From contig OZ251234.1 in the NCBI GenBank assembly GCA_965240325.2, positions 2,046,001 through 2,110,000 of the forward strand: DNA of 64,000 nucleotides, written 5' to 3'. The first letter of the stretch is position 1. The number at the start of each line of letters is the position of its first letter. This stretch comes from Rebecca billardiae RCC1528. Its lineage: Eukaryota; Protista; Haptophyta. Position numbers and translations under genes: made by a program. The notes under the pieces were generated by a model. The model did not search any database and was not told where the DNA came from. It worked only from the letters and a program-made list of their open reading frames with translations. Shown in pieces: positions 11,710-24,003 of the stretch.

Positions 11710-14375
11710 TCAGCGGTGGTGCGCGGCTGCGAGCTTCTTGTACTTGACCGCGACCATCACCCACACCGCGCGCACGTCGTCCGGGTAGTTGACCACCTTG
11801 ACGCGCACCGCGTGCCGAACGAGCTCGCCGCGCGCCTGCAGCACGTCCAGCGCCACCTGCGACTTGAGCAGCCCGAAGAGCACGAGCGAGGGCAGCGTGT
11901 GCGTGAACTGCTGCGGGAACCCCTTGAACGTGTGGCCCTGCGCGCGCACACACAGCACACACACAGCGCACACACCGCGCACACACAGCGGACACACAGC
12001 GCACACACAGCGGACACACAGCGGACACACAGCGCACACACAGCGGACACACAGCGCACACACAGCGGACACACAGCGGACACACAGCGGACACACAGCG
12101 GACACACAGCGCACACACAGCGGACACACAGCGCACACACAGCGGACACACAGCGGACGCAGCGCGCAGCGGGGCGGGGACGCGGGTCGCGGCGGGAGGG
12201 CGCGCGCGCGGGCCGGCGTGAGCGACGGGCGGCGGAGGGGCCGCCGCGGGCGCGGCTCCGCGCGCCGCGCGAGCCGCCACCGCCGCCCCGGGCCACCGCC
12301 TGCGCCCCGCGCGTGCTGCGCGCACCTCGGGCACGTGCCGCTTAATGGCCTGCTGGAACTCCTCGTTGCCGTACGCGGCGCCGTGCACGCGCTCAGACTC
12401 GTACGCCGCGAGCGCGGGCGTGAGCAGCGCGCTCAGCCGGTCGTCCCAGAACGTGGCGAGGCCGAGCGGCTCGCGGTGCTCGGCGATGAGCGCGCGCAGG
12501 GCGCCCTCGAGCGCCTCGGCCGCGGCGGCGGCGGGCGGCTGCGAGCTCGCGACCAGCGACGGGGTGGGCATGGGCGTGAGCGGCCGGATGAGGTCGGGGT
12601 CCATCGGCCGCCAGTGCTGCCGGCTCTCGAGCTCGAAGCTGCACGCCGCCACCGAGTCGTCGGGCTGCACGTTCGCGTAGAAGCTCTCGTGGTTGAACAC
12701 GCACCCCACCGAGCGGAAGTGCGCCGTGCGCGCCGGGTCATCGACCCCGTGCAGCTCGTGCGCCGTGCGCTGCCCGCTGAGCGACTCCCAGAAGATGGTG
12801 CGCGTGGCGGACTGGCGCGTGATCACCCACAGGTGGCCGCCCTGCGTGTCCGTGCCGATCACCACGTACGCGTCGAGCCTGGCGGGGCGGTCCGCACGCG
12901 CGCACACGCAGTAGCACGCGCGCGCGCGCGCGCACGCAGTGGTGCGACAGGCCGTGAGCTCGGCGGCGGTCGTGAGCGCGGCGGGGCGGCGCGGCGATGC
13001 CGAGCGCGCGCGCACGGCGCGAGCGCAGGCGCGCCTGTCACCCTCCGCCCACCCACGCCCCTCCATGCACACACACGCACACACGCACACACACGCGCGC
13101 ACGTGCACGCCCGCGCGCACACGCACACGCCCCGCTGGCGCCCGCCCGCCCGTGCGCACACCCGTAGCCGAGCAGCAGCGAGCACAGCAGCAGCGCGTGC
13201 TCGTCCGCGTCGCCGCGCCTCCGGCAGAGGAACGAGTGCGACGTCGACCACGCCTCGGAGGCGCCGTCGCCCACGGCCTGGTGCCGCTCGAACGGGAGCA
13301 GCGCGACGAAGCGCGCGGCGTGCGCCGCGCTCTCGAGCAGCCGCTCCGCGAACAGCGGCCGCACGAACGTCGTCACCGGCCGCTGCACGCCAAACTCCGT
13401 CTGCGCAAAGATCTTGACGAGCCGCGAGGCGTGCGAGGGGCGCAGCTGGAGGTACTCGTGCCACCACGCGCGCGCGTGCGAGAAGAAGGCGCGCTCCGCG
13501 TCGGTCTCGGCGGCGCGCTCGGCGCGCAGCTGCGCCGCGAGCTCCCGCTCCCCCGGCAGCCCCTCCTCCGCCTCCGCGCCGCGCGCTGCTGCGGGCGGCA
13601 GCAGCTCGAGCCGCATCGTGAGCAGCCCGACCGGCAGCTTCGCCTCCTCGCGCACGCCGCTGAGCTCGACGGAGACGGTGAGGCCCGCGGCGGCGGGCGC
13701 GGTGAGCGCCTTGCGCCACTCGAGCAGGTGCGTGCCGACCACCTCGCTCGACGTGCCGTCCGCGCTGCTCCGCACCACCACGAGGTGCAGCAGCTGCTTG
13801 CGGCCGAGCAGAGCGCGCGCGCCGCCGCCCGCGCCGTCGTCGCGCGGCCCCGCGGGCTGGGGCAGCTTGAGGAGGAAGGAGTCGTCGAAGGGGGGCTCGA
13901 CCGAGGCGGGCACGGGCTTCGAGCGCGCGCGCTGCGAGCCGAACTGCACGCACAGCGACAGCTGCGCGCCGCCCGCGCGGCCGTCCGCGCCGCGCGGCGC
14001 GATGTGCTCCACAAACGCCTTGCCGCCGAGCAGGCTGATGTACAGGTAGCGCTCGCCGGTGAGCAGCGCGGGGAGGCTGGGCGGCGCGCGGCCGGTCGCG
14101 TCGGGCGGCAGCTCGCGCGCTGCGTGCGCCAGCTGCGGCGCCATCGTGCCGAGCAGGTCGGAGATGATCCCCTTCTGCTGCAGCGCCAGGATCACCGCCT
14201 CGGTCGACGCCTCGTCGTCGTACGCCTCGCCGCCGCCGTCCGCCGCGGCGCCGCCGGAGACGACCTGCGCGACGATCGCGCGGAGCGACTCGTACACGCC
14301 CGAGTGGCGCAGGTGCTCGTGGATCAGCTGCTTCAGTGTCGTGAGCTGCGACTCCGTGAGCCCGCTCGCCGTCAT
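11710..14375 (-). CDS. CEP76: Centrosomal protein CEP76 (3 exons; introns 12879-13161 and 11938-12325)
   Basis: LKQLIHEHL, a C2-like domain (YLYISLLGGKAF, LEWRKAL), WWHEYLQLRPSH.SRLVKIFAQ.E, GDADEHALLLCSLLLGYG|LDAYV, FWESLSGQR, GCVFNH.SFYAN, FQQAIKRHVPE|GHTFKGFP, AVWVMVA. GT-AG introns restore the frame. Confidence 0.93.
11947..12158. repeat. 12-bp minisatellite (CACACAGCG[G/C]AC)n within CEP76 intron 2
   Basis: About 17 tandem units of ACACACAGCG(G/C). Confidence 0.9.
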
Positions 14376-14598
14376 GGTGGCCACGCCTTGCCAACGGTGT
14401 GCACCGGTCGCCCGCGGCGGGCACCCATTTTCAAAAGGAAATGGCCGCTGATCAAATGATTTTAGCGGGGCAAAAGCTTTTTTGGACCGGGCACGTCACC
14501 GACTCACCGTTCTGCCTTGTCATTGGCTGGCTCTAGATGCGGCCATCAAGTGCGTACAAGTAGCGGACGTCCTTTGGCTCCACGTCATCACCATCAGG

Positions 14599-15537
14599 AT
14601 GAGGGCGCCGACGGCACGGCTGCTCGCGCTGCTCGCACTCGCGGCAGGAGTCGCTGCGGCAGAAAGCCGCGTGGGCACATCGCGCGTCGCGATTGCCCGG
14701 TGGCGCGGCGGGCAGCAGCTGCAGGTGAAGACGCTCGCGGGCAAGACGATCTCGGTCGAGGTCGAGCCGACTGAGTCGATCGAGAGCGTCAAGCAGAAGA
14801 TCGCCGACCAGGAGGGCGTGGAGGAGTCGACGCAGCGGCTGGTCTTCGGCGGGAAGCAGCTGGAGAACGGCAAGACGCTGCAGGACTACGACGTCGGGGA
14901 GGACGCGACGGTGCACCTCGTGCTGCGGCTGCGCGGCGGGCGGGACGACGGCGCTCGCGTCGCGTTGGCGCGTGACGGGTGGCGCAGCGGCGGCGCGGCG
15001 CCCAGACATCTGCGTGCCACGTCTCAACGGCACGCGTCGGCGATGATCGCCCGGTGGCGCGGCGGGCAGCAGCTGCAGGTGAAGACGCTCGCGGGCAAGA
15101 CGATCTCGGTCGAGGTCGAGCCGACCGAGTCGATCGAGAGCGTCAAGCAGAAGATCGCCGACCAGGAGGGCGTGGAGGAGTCGACGCAGCGGCTGATCTT
15201 CGGCGGGAAGCAGCTGGAGAACGGCAAGACGCTGCAGGACTACGACGTCGGGGAGGACGCGACGGTGCACCTCGTGCTGCGGCTGCGCGGCGGCACCACA
15301 GTTGCCGGGCACCGCCTGATCTACTGGCTCTTCCAGCTGCAGAAAGGCGGCGTCCTCAACTTCCCGTTCCGCGGCAGCGAGCACTCGGAGGACGAGCTCG
15401 AGCAGATGAGCGACAACCGTCGCTTCTGGCGGGTGACGACGCTGTGCATGCTCGTCGGCGCGTTCCACGCCCTGACGAAGGCAGCGGTCGACAATGGGCT
15501 CGTCGACTCGTACTGGGACATCCTCCTGCCCGCTTGA
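14599..15537 (+). CDS. Signal-peptide-bearing precursor with two ubiquitin-like domains and a C-terminal hydrophobic segment
   Basis: Signal peptide [21 protein letters not shown]. Two near-identical 76-aa UBLs ([13 protein letters not shown]...LVLRLRGG), each preceded by RWRGG. C-terminal [17 protein letters not shown]. Confidence 0.88.
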   Translation: MRAPTARLLALLALAAGVAAAESRVGTSRVAIARWRGGQQLQVKTLAGKTISVEVEPTESIESVKQKIADQEGVEESTQRLVFGGKQLENGKTLQDYDVGEDATVHLVLRLRGGRDDGARVALARDGWRSGGAAPRHLRATSQRHASAMIARWRGGQQLQVKTLAGKTISVEVEPTESIESVKQKIADQEGVEESTQRLIFGGKQLENGKTLQDYDVGEDATVHLVLRLRGGTTVAGHRLIYWLFQLQKGGVLNFPFRGSEHSEDELEQMSDNRRFWRVTTLCMLVGAFHALTKAAVDNGLVDSYWDILLPA

Positions 15538-16099
15538 GCTCATCCGTGACTGCTACTGCAGCCGCGGGGTGCACGCGGTGCCGGTGAGCCGCGAGGCAGC
15601 TGCCGGGCGCCAACCGCGAGGCGGCGGCAGCTGGGCTGCATGCAGTCCGTGCGGGCGACTGCGGGCCGCGTGGCGCGTGGCCGCGTGGCCGTGGCCGTGC
15701 GGCGGCGCGGGCCGCCTTAGACTGCGCTTAGTATATATATAGCGTCGTCATCGGCCCGGGCGCGGATCGATCTGACTCAGTGGGCGGATCTGACGAGTCA
15801 CGAGACGACGATGCGGATTATATATATATATATATTATATTATATTATATATAATGGCATTAATGCCGACATATACTGTATATATATATAGCGCCGCGTA
15901 CATCGGCATCGATCTCCGATCTCGCGGGCGGTCACTGTGAGGATGGCACGACCGCCGCAACGTCACTGATATGTAGTCGACGCGCGACGGACGACGGCGA
16001 CGGCGACTGGCCGAACTGACGATGAGTGTCTCCGCCGATGACTGAGGAGCTGCACGGTGAGCAGAGTCTGCCATTGCTGGCATCAATGTGGTCGGCAGA

Positions 16100-17156
16100 T
16101 CAGATCTGCGTGATGCCCTCCTCCTCGTCGATCGCGTCGTCGTCCTCGACGCGCTGCATGTCCTTCTCGCGCTGCAGCTTCTGCCGCTCGCTCTCCTGCA
16201 TGTACCGCTTGAGCTTGCGCTCGGTCTCCTTGCACGGCTTGAGGTCGTGCAGCTGGACAAAGCCGCTGTACGGGCAGCCGATCTGCGGGCACTTGGCCGA
16301 GCCCCTGCCCTGCCGGACGTGGTTCTCGATGGCCTCCTTCGAGAAGACGCACCGCGTCGCGCCGCTTGCGAAGCACGGCACCACCTTCGTCGGGCGCACG
16401 AGCGGCATCTTGAGCAGCGGGCAGAGGTGGTCGAATGCCTCCTGCGTGCACTGCACCTCCTCGTCGCCGTCCTCGCACCCGCCAGCGGAGCCGCCCGCAC
16501 ACGCGCGCGCGATCTCGGCGACGCGCGCGTGCGCCGCGAAGTCGCCCTGCGCTGCGACGGCCGCCGTCGCCTCGTCCTTCGCGAGCGTGCAGAGCCGCGT
16601 GCGCAGCTCCGCCGCGCTCGCCACGGCGTCCTGCCCGCGCTCGGCCTCGAGCTGCGGGATCAGCTGCTCGAACGCGCGCTTGTGCCCGGCCATGCGCGTC
16701 TCGGTGGTGGCGAGCGAGAGCACCGCCTCTTTGAACTGGTCGAGGGCCACGTTTGTGCGCTGCCGCGCGTGAGGAGCGGCGGCGCGCCAGCCGTCGCGCG
16801 CGCGAGCTGGGCGTGTCAGATCGCGCGCTTCGCGGCGCAGCGGGCGGAGAGGGCGTGCCGGGGTGGCGCGCACCTCAGCGTCGCCCGCGGCCTCGGCGTT
16901 CTTCTCCACCTCCTTGATGCGCGTGACCGCTTCGACCATGGCGCGCATGTTCTCGTCCAAGGAGTTCTTCACGTTCTCAATGCTTCGCGCCTGCTGGTGC
17001 AGCTCCTTGATGACCGCCGCCACTGCGCGACACGTGGCGGCGCGCGGGCAAAACGCGCGACGTGTCGAGCTCGGTGGCGCGGGCCGGCGCAGGCGGGTGC
17101 TGGCGGGGAGATGCGGTGCGCGTGCATCGGCTCGGGAAGCGGCGCGTGCGCGCACT
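16100..17156 (-). CDS. NSE2: SMC5/6 SUMO E3 ligase NSE2/MMS21-like (introns 17023-17155 and 16760-16873)
   Basis: Helical N-terminus followed by an SP-RING-like CPLLKMPLVRP...C...CVFSKEAI....KCPQIGC. Splicing of 17023-17155 creates GCC-A|TG-GCG as the start. Confidence 0.75.
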
Positions 17157-18084
17157 GGCGATGCGCGAGCGAGCAGCCCACTCGTCGGCGCGAGAGCGAC
17201 CGCGCGCTTGAGCTCGCGAAGGGGGCTCCAAGCGGACAAGCGGTTGGTCAGCGCAAGCGACCTGCGAGCGCCGAACGAGTGCGCGCTGTTGCTCAGTGAA
17301 CCGGCCGTGCGCAGTAAGGTCTGGCGTTTGCCACTGGCGACTGCACACGGCAACAGGGGCGTTTGCGCCCTGTTGTCGTGTGCACACTGGGGCGCAAAAG
17401 GGGTCACCCTCAGGGGGTTTCGCACTGCTGTTGCCGTGTGCACCGGCCCGCTGTGGCCGTGCACACGGCAACAGGGCGCAAACGGCCCTGTTGCCGTGTG
17501 CAGGCGTGCATGGCTTGCGATGGCAGCCAGCCGTCAGCAGGGCGCCACGCCCACTGTTCGTTGGTAGGCTGGCCCGATGGCGTCGCGGAGCTCACGCGTA
17601 CGGGGGAGGAGGGCATCGACGAGGAGACGACCAAGGGCGAGAAGCAGCAGGGGGCACGCAGCACGGGGCTCGGAGCATGCCGCGAGCACGCGTGCCTCCA
17701 CACCGTCGCACATCAACCTTGCTCGTAGCTGTGCGCTGTGCTGCCACTCATCTCACCATCGCCCATGCTACGGGCGCGGCCGGGTGGTGGGCATCTACCT
17801 GTCGGCGCAGCACTGGCACCGGTGGTCGCCAGACACTCCTCGACTTGCTCTGCGCGTCACAGCAAGGAGACGGCAGCGGCACAGCTGTGTGAGCTCGCAG
17901 ATGAAGTGCTCCTCTGCTTTGCGAGGCTGAGAGGCTGAGCACGCGTGGCGAGCGCTGGCATTCCCCCGCATTCATGAGACCAACAGGTACATAGCCGTGC
18001 CCAGGAGCGCAGGACCAACCGCCGGGTGCTGCTTCAAACACCTGCGCCCCACTCTGCCGGCAGAATGAGGGGCGCTCTACTCTA

Positions 18085-19720
18085 TGCTGCACGCGGCAGC
18101 AGCAGCTGGGCCGCTGGGATGGTCCTGCACGGATGACGGCGGTCGCCGCGGCTGACAGCTTGGTGTCACTGGTTCGAAGGGCCTGGACGACGGACGCGCC
18201 GAGCGTGGTGACGCTGCTCGATGCGCCCACGGCACTGCCAAGCGCGCTGGAGCCGCTGCCTCGAGCACTACTGTGCCCGCGCCCAGCTTGGGCAGCAGCA
18301 GCTGCGCTCAACTCCACGCCGCGTGCCGTGGCAGCAGCAGGGATGGTGCCACGGCGGCCGGCGGCGGTCGACGGAGCTGTCGGCTCGGCGGTGCACGCCC
18401 GAGGGGCCTGGGCGCTGGGCGCACCGAACGCGGTGCCGCTGCTCGCCTCGCCCATGGCGCTGGAGCCGCTGCCATCCGACGCTGCTGCGCCCGCGCCCAG
18501 CTTGGGCAGCAGCGGCTGCGCTCGACTCCGCGCCGCGTGCGGCGGCAGCAGCAGGGATGGTGCTACGGTGGGCGACGACGGTCGCTAGAGCTGAAAGCTC
18601 GGCGGTGCGCGCCCGAGGGGCGTAGGCGCTGGACGCACCGAACGCGGTGCCGCTGCTCGCCTCGCCCATGGCGCTCGAGCCGCTGCCATCCGACGCTGCT
18701 GCGCACGCGCCAAGCTTGGGCAGCAGCGGCTGCGCTCGACTCCGCGCAGAGTGCGGCGGCAGCAGCAGGGATGGTGCTACAGTGGGCGACGACGGTCGCT
18801 AGAGCTGAAAGCTCGGCGGTGCGCGCCCGAGGGGCCTGGGTGGTGGGCGCACCGAACGCGGTGCCGCTGCTCGCCTCGCCCATGGCGCTCGAGCCGCTGC
18901 CATCCGACGCTGCTGCGCACGCGCCAAGCTTGGGCAGCAGCGGCTGCGCTCGACTCCGCGCAGAGTGCGGCGGCAGCAGCAGGGATGGTGCTACGGTGGG
19001 CGACGACGGTCGCTAGAGCTGAAAGCTCGGCGGTGCGCGCCTGAGGGGCCTGGGCGCTGGGCGCACCGAACGCGGTGCCGCTGCTCGCCTCGCCCATGGC
19101 GCTGGAGCCGCTGCCATCCGACGCTGCTGCGCCCGCGCCAAGCTTGGGCAGCAGCGGCTGCGCTCGACTCCGCGCAGAGTGCGGCGGCAGCAGCAGGGAT
19201 GGTGCCACGGCGGGCGGCGGCGGTCGACGGAGCTGTCAGCTCGGTGGTGCACGTCCGAGGGGCGTAGGCGCTGGACGCACCGAACGCGGTGCCGCTGCTC
19301 GCCTCGCCCATGGCGCTGGAGCCGCTGCCATCCGACGCTGCTGCGCCCGCGCCAAGCTTGGGCAGCAGCGGCTGCGCTCGACTCCGCGCCGCGTGGGGCG
19401 GCAGCAGCAGGGATGGTGCTACGGTGGGCGACGACGGTCGCTAGAGCTGAAAGCTCGGCGGTGTGCGCCTGAGGGGCCTGGGCGGTGGGTGCATTGAGCG
19501 CGCTGACGCCTCTCGCCTCGCCCGGCGCGCTCGAGCCGCTGCCATCCGATGCTGCCGCGCCCGCGCCCTGTCGCGCCGAGTGCGGCTGCAGCATCAGGGA
19601 TGGCGCCACGGCGGGCGGGCGGCGGTGCATGCAGCTAGCAGCTCGGTGCTGCACGCGCGAGGGGCCTGGGCGGCAGACGCGCGCAATGCAGTGACGCTGA
19701 TGCACGCGTCAGGCGCGCTG
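18085..19720 (+). repeat. 214-bp tandem repeat array (left arm of the foldback element)
   Basis: The marker CCCATGGCGC recurs at 18451, 18665, 18879, 19093 and 19307. Array edges are degenerate. Confidence 0.9.
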
Positions 19721-20499
19721 GCCAGCCCCCGGAGCTGTTGCTACGACACTTCTTCTGTCCTGCTGCGAGCCGAGCCGCCAGCAGGTTCCGGGGCGGCGGG
19801 CAATGCCGGTCAGCTCATATTCATAAGGCCGGCGGCGCAGACCAGTCGTAGCCCGGCAGGTAGGCGATGCAGAAGTTATCAGCAGCATATCATGCATCGT
19901 CATCACTACATCAGCATCCGCCTATAGACGAGTACTACGTAGTATAGAACTGCTCTTTATCCGACTAGCCGTTCAGAGCGCGCGCAGTATATACTCCGAC
20001 TATATACCGGTCGATGCATTATAGCCAGCCCCGGGGCGGCGGCTGTCCGACACTCTGCCGTCATGTGCGTATATAAGTGACTCTTACTCCACCTAGAGGT
20101 CTATCCGGATCGGTACCCTGGCGGCGGTGTTGTCGTCTGTCCGCCGTCACAGCCTGACTCGCGCGCGTAGCTAGTCACTTATCAGTGATGTGATGGTCTC
20201 GTCGTCTGCGTCCGGACCGTGTCGACGACAAGTCGTGCTGGGCCTGGCGGCTCACAGTGTAATAAGTTAGTAGTAGCTAACTCATATCAATGCAAGAGCA
20301 TCAGTAGTGAGCAGCAGCAGTAGCAGCTCGACTGCTGGCGTCATCACCGTGCTACACTCCGGCGCGACACGGTCACGGTCAGCTGGTCAGCATCAGTCCG
20401 TATACTTACGCCGGGACCGTAGTACTGTAGTTGAGTACGTAGTATACGTAGTTTTAACGACGCGACCGGTCGGCGCGCGTGCCAAGCAGCACTCAGCAC

Positions 20500-22900
20500 C
20501 GCCCGACCACCGCCGCCGGCCTGGCCGTGGCACCTCCCTGCTGCTACCACCGCATGCGGCGCGAAGCCTCCGGAGCGCAGCTGCTGCCAGGCCTGCCAGC
20601 TGCAGCCGTGCAGCGGCGCCGGGGCGCGGGCGCAGCGGGCATCGGATGGCAGAGGCTCGAGCGCGCTACGGAACGAGGCGAGCGGCTACACCGCGCTCGG
20701 TGCGTCCAGCGCCCACGCCTCTCGGGTGGGCACTGCCAAGCTTTCAGCTGCTGCGGCCGCCCGCCGTGGCACCATCCCTGCTGCTGCTGCCGCACGCGGC
20801 GCGGAGTCGAGCGCTGCTGCTGCTGCCCTGGCCGGGCGCGGGCGCAGCAGCACCGGATGGCAGCGGCTCCAGCGCTATGGGCGAGGCGAGCAGCGGCACC
20901 GCGCTCGGTGCGTCCAGCGCCCACGCCCCTCGGGCGTGCACCGCCGAGCTGCCGGCTGCAGCAACCGCAGCCGCCCGCCGTGCCACCATCCCTGCTGCTG
21001 CTGCCGCACGCGGTGCGGAGTCGAGCGCAGCCGCTGCTGCCCAAGCTGGGCGCGGGCGCAGCAGCGTCGGATGGCAGCGGCTCCAGCGCCATGGGCGAGG
21101 CGAGCAGCGGCACCACGCTCGGTGCGCCCAGCGCCCAGGCCCCTCGGGCGTGCGCTGCCGAGCTTCCAGCTGCGTCGACCGCCGCCGCCCGCCGTGGCAC
21201 CATCCCTGCTGCTGCCGTCGCACGCGGCGCGGAGTCAGGCGCGGCTGCTGCTGCCCAAGCTGGGCGCGGGTGCAGCAGCATCGGATGGCAGCGGCTCCAG
21301 CGCGCTGCGGGAGGCGAGCGGCGATGGCGCGCTCAGCGCGTCCGCAGCACAAGCCCCTCGGGCGTGCGCCGCCGAGCTTCCAGCTGCGTCGACCGCCGCC
21401 GCCCGCCGTGGCACCATCCCTGCTGCTGCCGCCGCACGCGGCGCGGAGTCAGGCGCGGCTGCTGCTGCCCAAGCTGGGCGCGGGTGCAGCAGCATCGGAT
21501 GGCAGCGGCTCGAGCGCGCTGCGGGAGGCCAGCGGGGACACCGCGCTCGGTGCGTCCAACGACCAGGCCCCTCGGGCGCACACCGCCGAGCTTTCAGCTC
21601 CGTCGACCGCCGCCGCCCGCCGTGGCACCATCCCTGCTGCTGCCGCCGCACTCTGCGCGGAGTCGAGCGCAGCTGCTGCTGCCCAAGCTGGGCGCAAGCG
21701 CAGCAGCGTCGGATGGCAGGGCTCCAGCGCGCTGCGGGAGGCGAGCGGCGATGGCGCGCTCAGCGCGTCTGCAGCCCAGGCCCCTCGGGCGTGCGCCGCC
21801 GAGCTGCCGGCTGCAGCAACCGCCGCCGCCCACAGTGGCACCATCCCTGCTGCTGCTGCCGCACGCGGCGCGGAGTCGAGCGCCGCTGCTGCTGCTGCCC
21901 CAGCTGGGCGTGGGCGCACCAGCACCGGATGGCAGCGGCTCGAGCGCCATGGGCGAGGCGAGCAGTGGCACCGCGCTCGGTGCGTCCAGCGCCCACGCCC
22001 CTCGGGCGCACACCGCCGAGCTTTCAGCTCCAGCGACCCACGCCGCCCGCCGTGGCACCATCCCTGCTGCTGCCCCCGCACTCGGCGCGGAGTCGAGCGC
22101 AGCCGCTGCTGCCCAAGCTTGGCGCGGGCGCAGCAGCGTCGGATGGCAGAGGCTCGAGCGCCATGGGCGAGGCGAGCAGCGGCACCGCGTTCGGTGCGCC
22201 CAGCGCCCAGGCCCCTCGGGCGCACACAGCCGAGCTTTCAGCTCCAGCGACCGCCGCCGCCCACCGTGGCACCATCCCTGCTGCTGCTGCCGCACGCGGC
22301 GCGGAGTCTAGCGCAGCCGCTGCTGCCCAAGCTTGGCGCGGGCGCAGCAGCGTCGGATCGCAGCGGCTCGAGCGCCATGGGCGAGGCGAGCAGCGGCACC
22401 GCGTTCGGTGCGCCCACCACCCAGGCCCCTCGGGCGCACACCGCCGAGCTTTCAGCTCTAGCGACCGTCGTCGCCCACCGTAGCACCATCCCTGCTGCTG
22501 CCGCCGCACGCGGCGCGGAGTCGAGCGCAGCCGCTGCTGCCCAAGCTGGGCGCGGGCGCAGCAGCGTCGGATGGCAGCGGCTCCAGCGCGCTGCGGGAGG
22601 CGAGCAGTGACACCGCGCTCGGTGCATCCAATGCCCGGGCCCCTCGGGCGCGCACCGCCGAGCTGACAGCTGCGCCGACCCACGCCGCCCGCCATGGCAC
22701 CATCCCTGCTGCTGCAGCCAATGCGGCGCGGAGTCAAGTGCAGCTGCAGCTGGGCCCCAGCTGGGCGCGGGCACAGCAGCACCAGATGGCAGCGGCTCCA
22801 GCGCGCTGGGCAGTGCCGTGGTCGTGTGGAGCAATGTCATCGCGCTCGGCGCGTCCATCGACGAGGCCCCTCGAGCGAGCGACACCGAGCTGTCATCTGC
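20500..22900 (-). repeat. 214-bp tandem repeat array, inverted (right arm of the foldback element)
   Basis: About 11 units of the reverse complement of the left-arm unit (e.g. GGCACCATCCCTGCTGCTG recurring every ~214 bp). Confidence 0.9.
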
Positions 22901-24003
22901 GGCGAAAGCCGTCATCCGCCGCGGGACCATTCCAGCAGCTGCTGCCGCATGCAGCGCAGACTCGAGCGTGGCTGCCGCTGGTGTTGGCGGCCCGGATGGG
23001 CGCGGGTGCAGCATCATCAGGTGCCCGCGACCCCATCGCGGCGGGCGCGATGGGCCAGGTCGCTGCGTTTGGCGCGCCATTGCCCAGGCCGTTCAAGCGA
23101 GCACCACCGAGCTGTTAGTTGGAGCAACTGCTGCCGCCCGTCATGATACTGTACGTACTGCTGCTGCAGCATCAACAGCGCCGCTGTTACCAGCAGCGCT
23201 GCGCTCGTGTATCCGAAGCAGCACCGCATTGATGGTCCTGCGGTCTGAGTAGGGGAGTATGCCAGTAGCTCGCATGTACCTGGAGTGCAGTCCATGCCTG
23301 TACTGCCTCGCCGAGTACTACTAGAGTAGTAGGACCTCATGTGCTCACGCAGCTGAGCCGCTGCCGTCTCCTTGCTGTGACGCGCAGAGCAAGTCGAGGA
23401 GTGTCTGGCGACCACCGGTGCCAGTGCTGCGCCGACAGGTATATGCCCACCACCTGGCCGCGCCCGTAGCATGGGCGATGGTAAGATGAGTGGCAGCACA
23501 GCGCACAGCTACGAGCAAGGTTGATGTGCGACGGTGTGGAGGCACGCGTGCTCGCGGCATGCTCCGAGCCCCGTGCTGCGTGCCCCCTGCTGCTTCTCGC
23601 CCTTGGTCATCTCCTCGTCGATGCCCTCCTCCCCCGTACGCGTGAGCTCCGCGACGCCATCGGGCCAGCCTACCAACGAACAGTGGGCGTGGCGCCCTGC
23701 TGACGGCTGGCTGCCATCGCAAGCCATGCACGCCTGCACACGGCAACAGGGCCGTTTGCGCCCTGTTGCCGTGTGCACGGCCACAGCGGGCCGGTGCACA
23801 CGGCAACAGCAGTGCGAAACCCCCTGAGGGTGACCCCTTTTGCGCCCCAGTGTGCACACGACAACAGGGCGCAAACGCCCCTGTTGCCGTGTGCAGTCGC
23901 CAGTGGCAAACGCCAAACCTGGCTGCCGTGCGTGCACCCGTCCGTCTGCGAGGTGCGCACCGGACTCGGCTCCCGCTACAGTATTTCTTTGGGCCCGTCC
24001 AGC

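Larger units (their letters stand above)
17312..23925. mobile_element. Non-autonomous foldback-type DNA transposon (P/Galileo- or hAT-like ends)
   Basis: TIRs of ~583 bp (17312-17894 and 23343-23925) with CAG...CTG termini. 7-bp TSD CCGTGCG at 17305-17311 and 23926-23932. Internal 214-bp arrays in opposite orientation. No transposase seen. Confidence 0.85.

Noticed and set aside
17157-17464. N-terminal extension of NSE2 (and of cyclophilin at 23773-24003) predicted by the ORF track
   Set aside because: Both extensions begin inside the transposon TIRs and give the same peptide, so they are artefacts of the inverted repeat.
20307-22610. Long ORFs (585-767 aa) across the 214-bp arrays
   Set aside because: The unit length is not a multiple of 3, the same peptides cycle through all frames, and the DNA is stop-poor and GC-rich. 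These are not credible proteins.
18085-22900. Regular repeats as a CRISPR array
   Set aside because: They are contiguous 214-bp units without unique spacers, there are no cas genes, and the context is eukaryotic.
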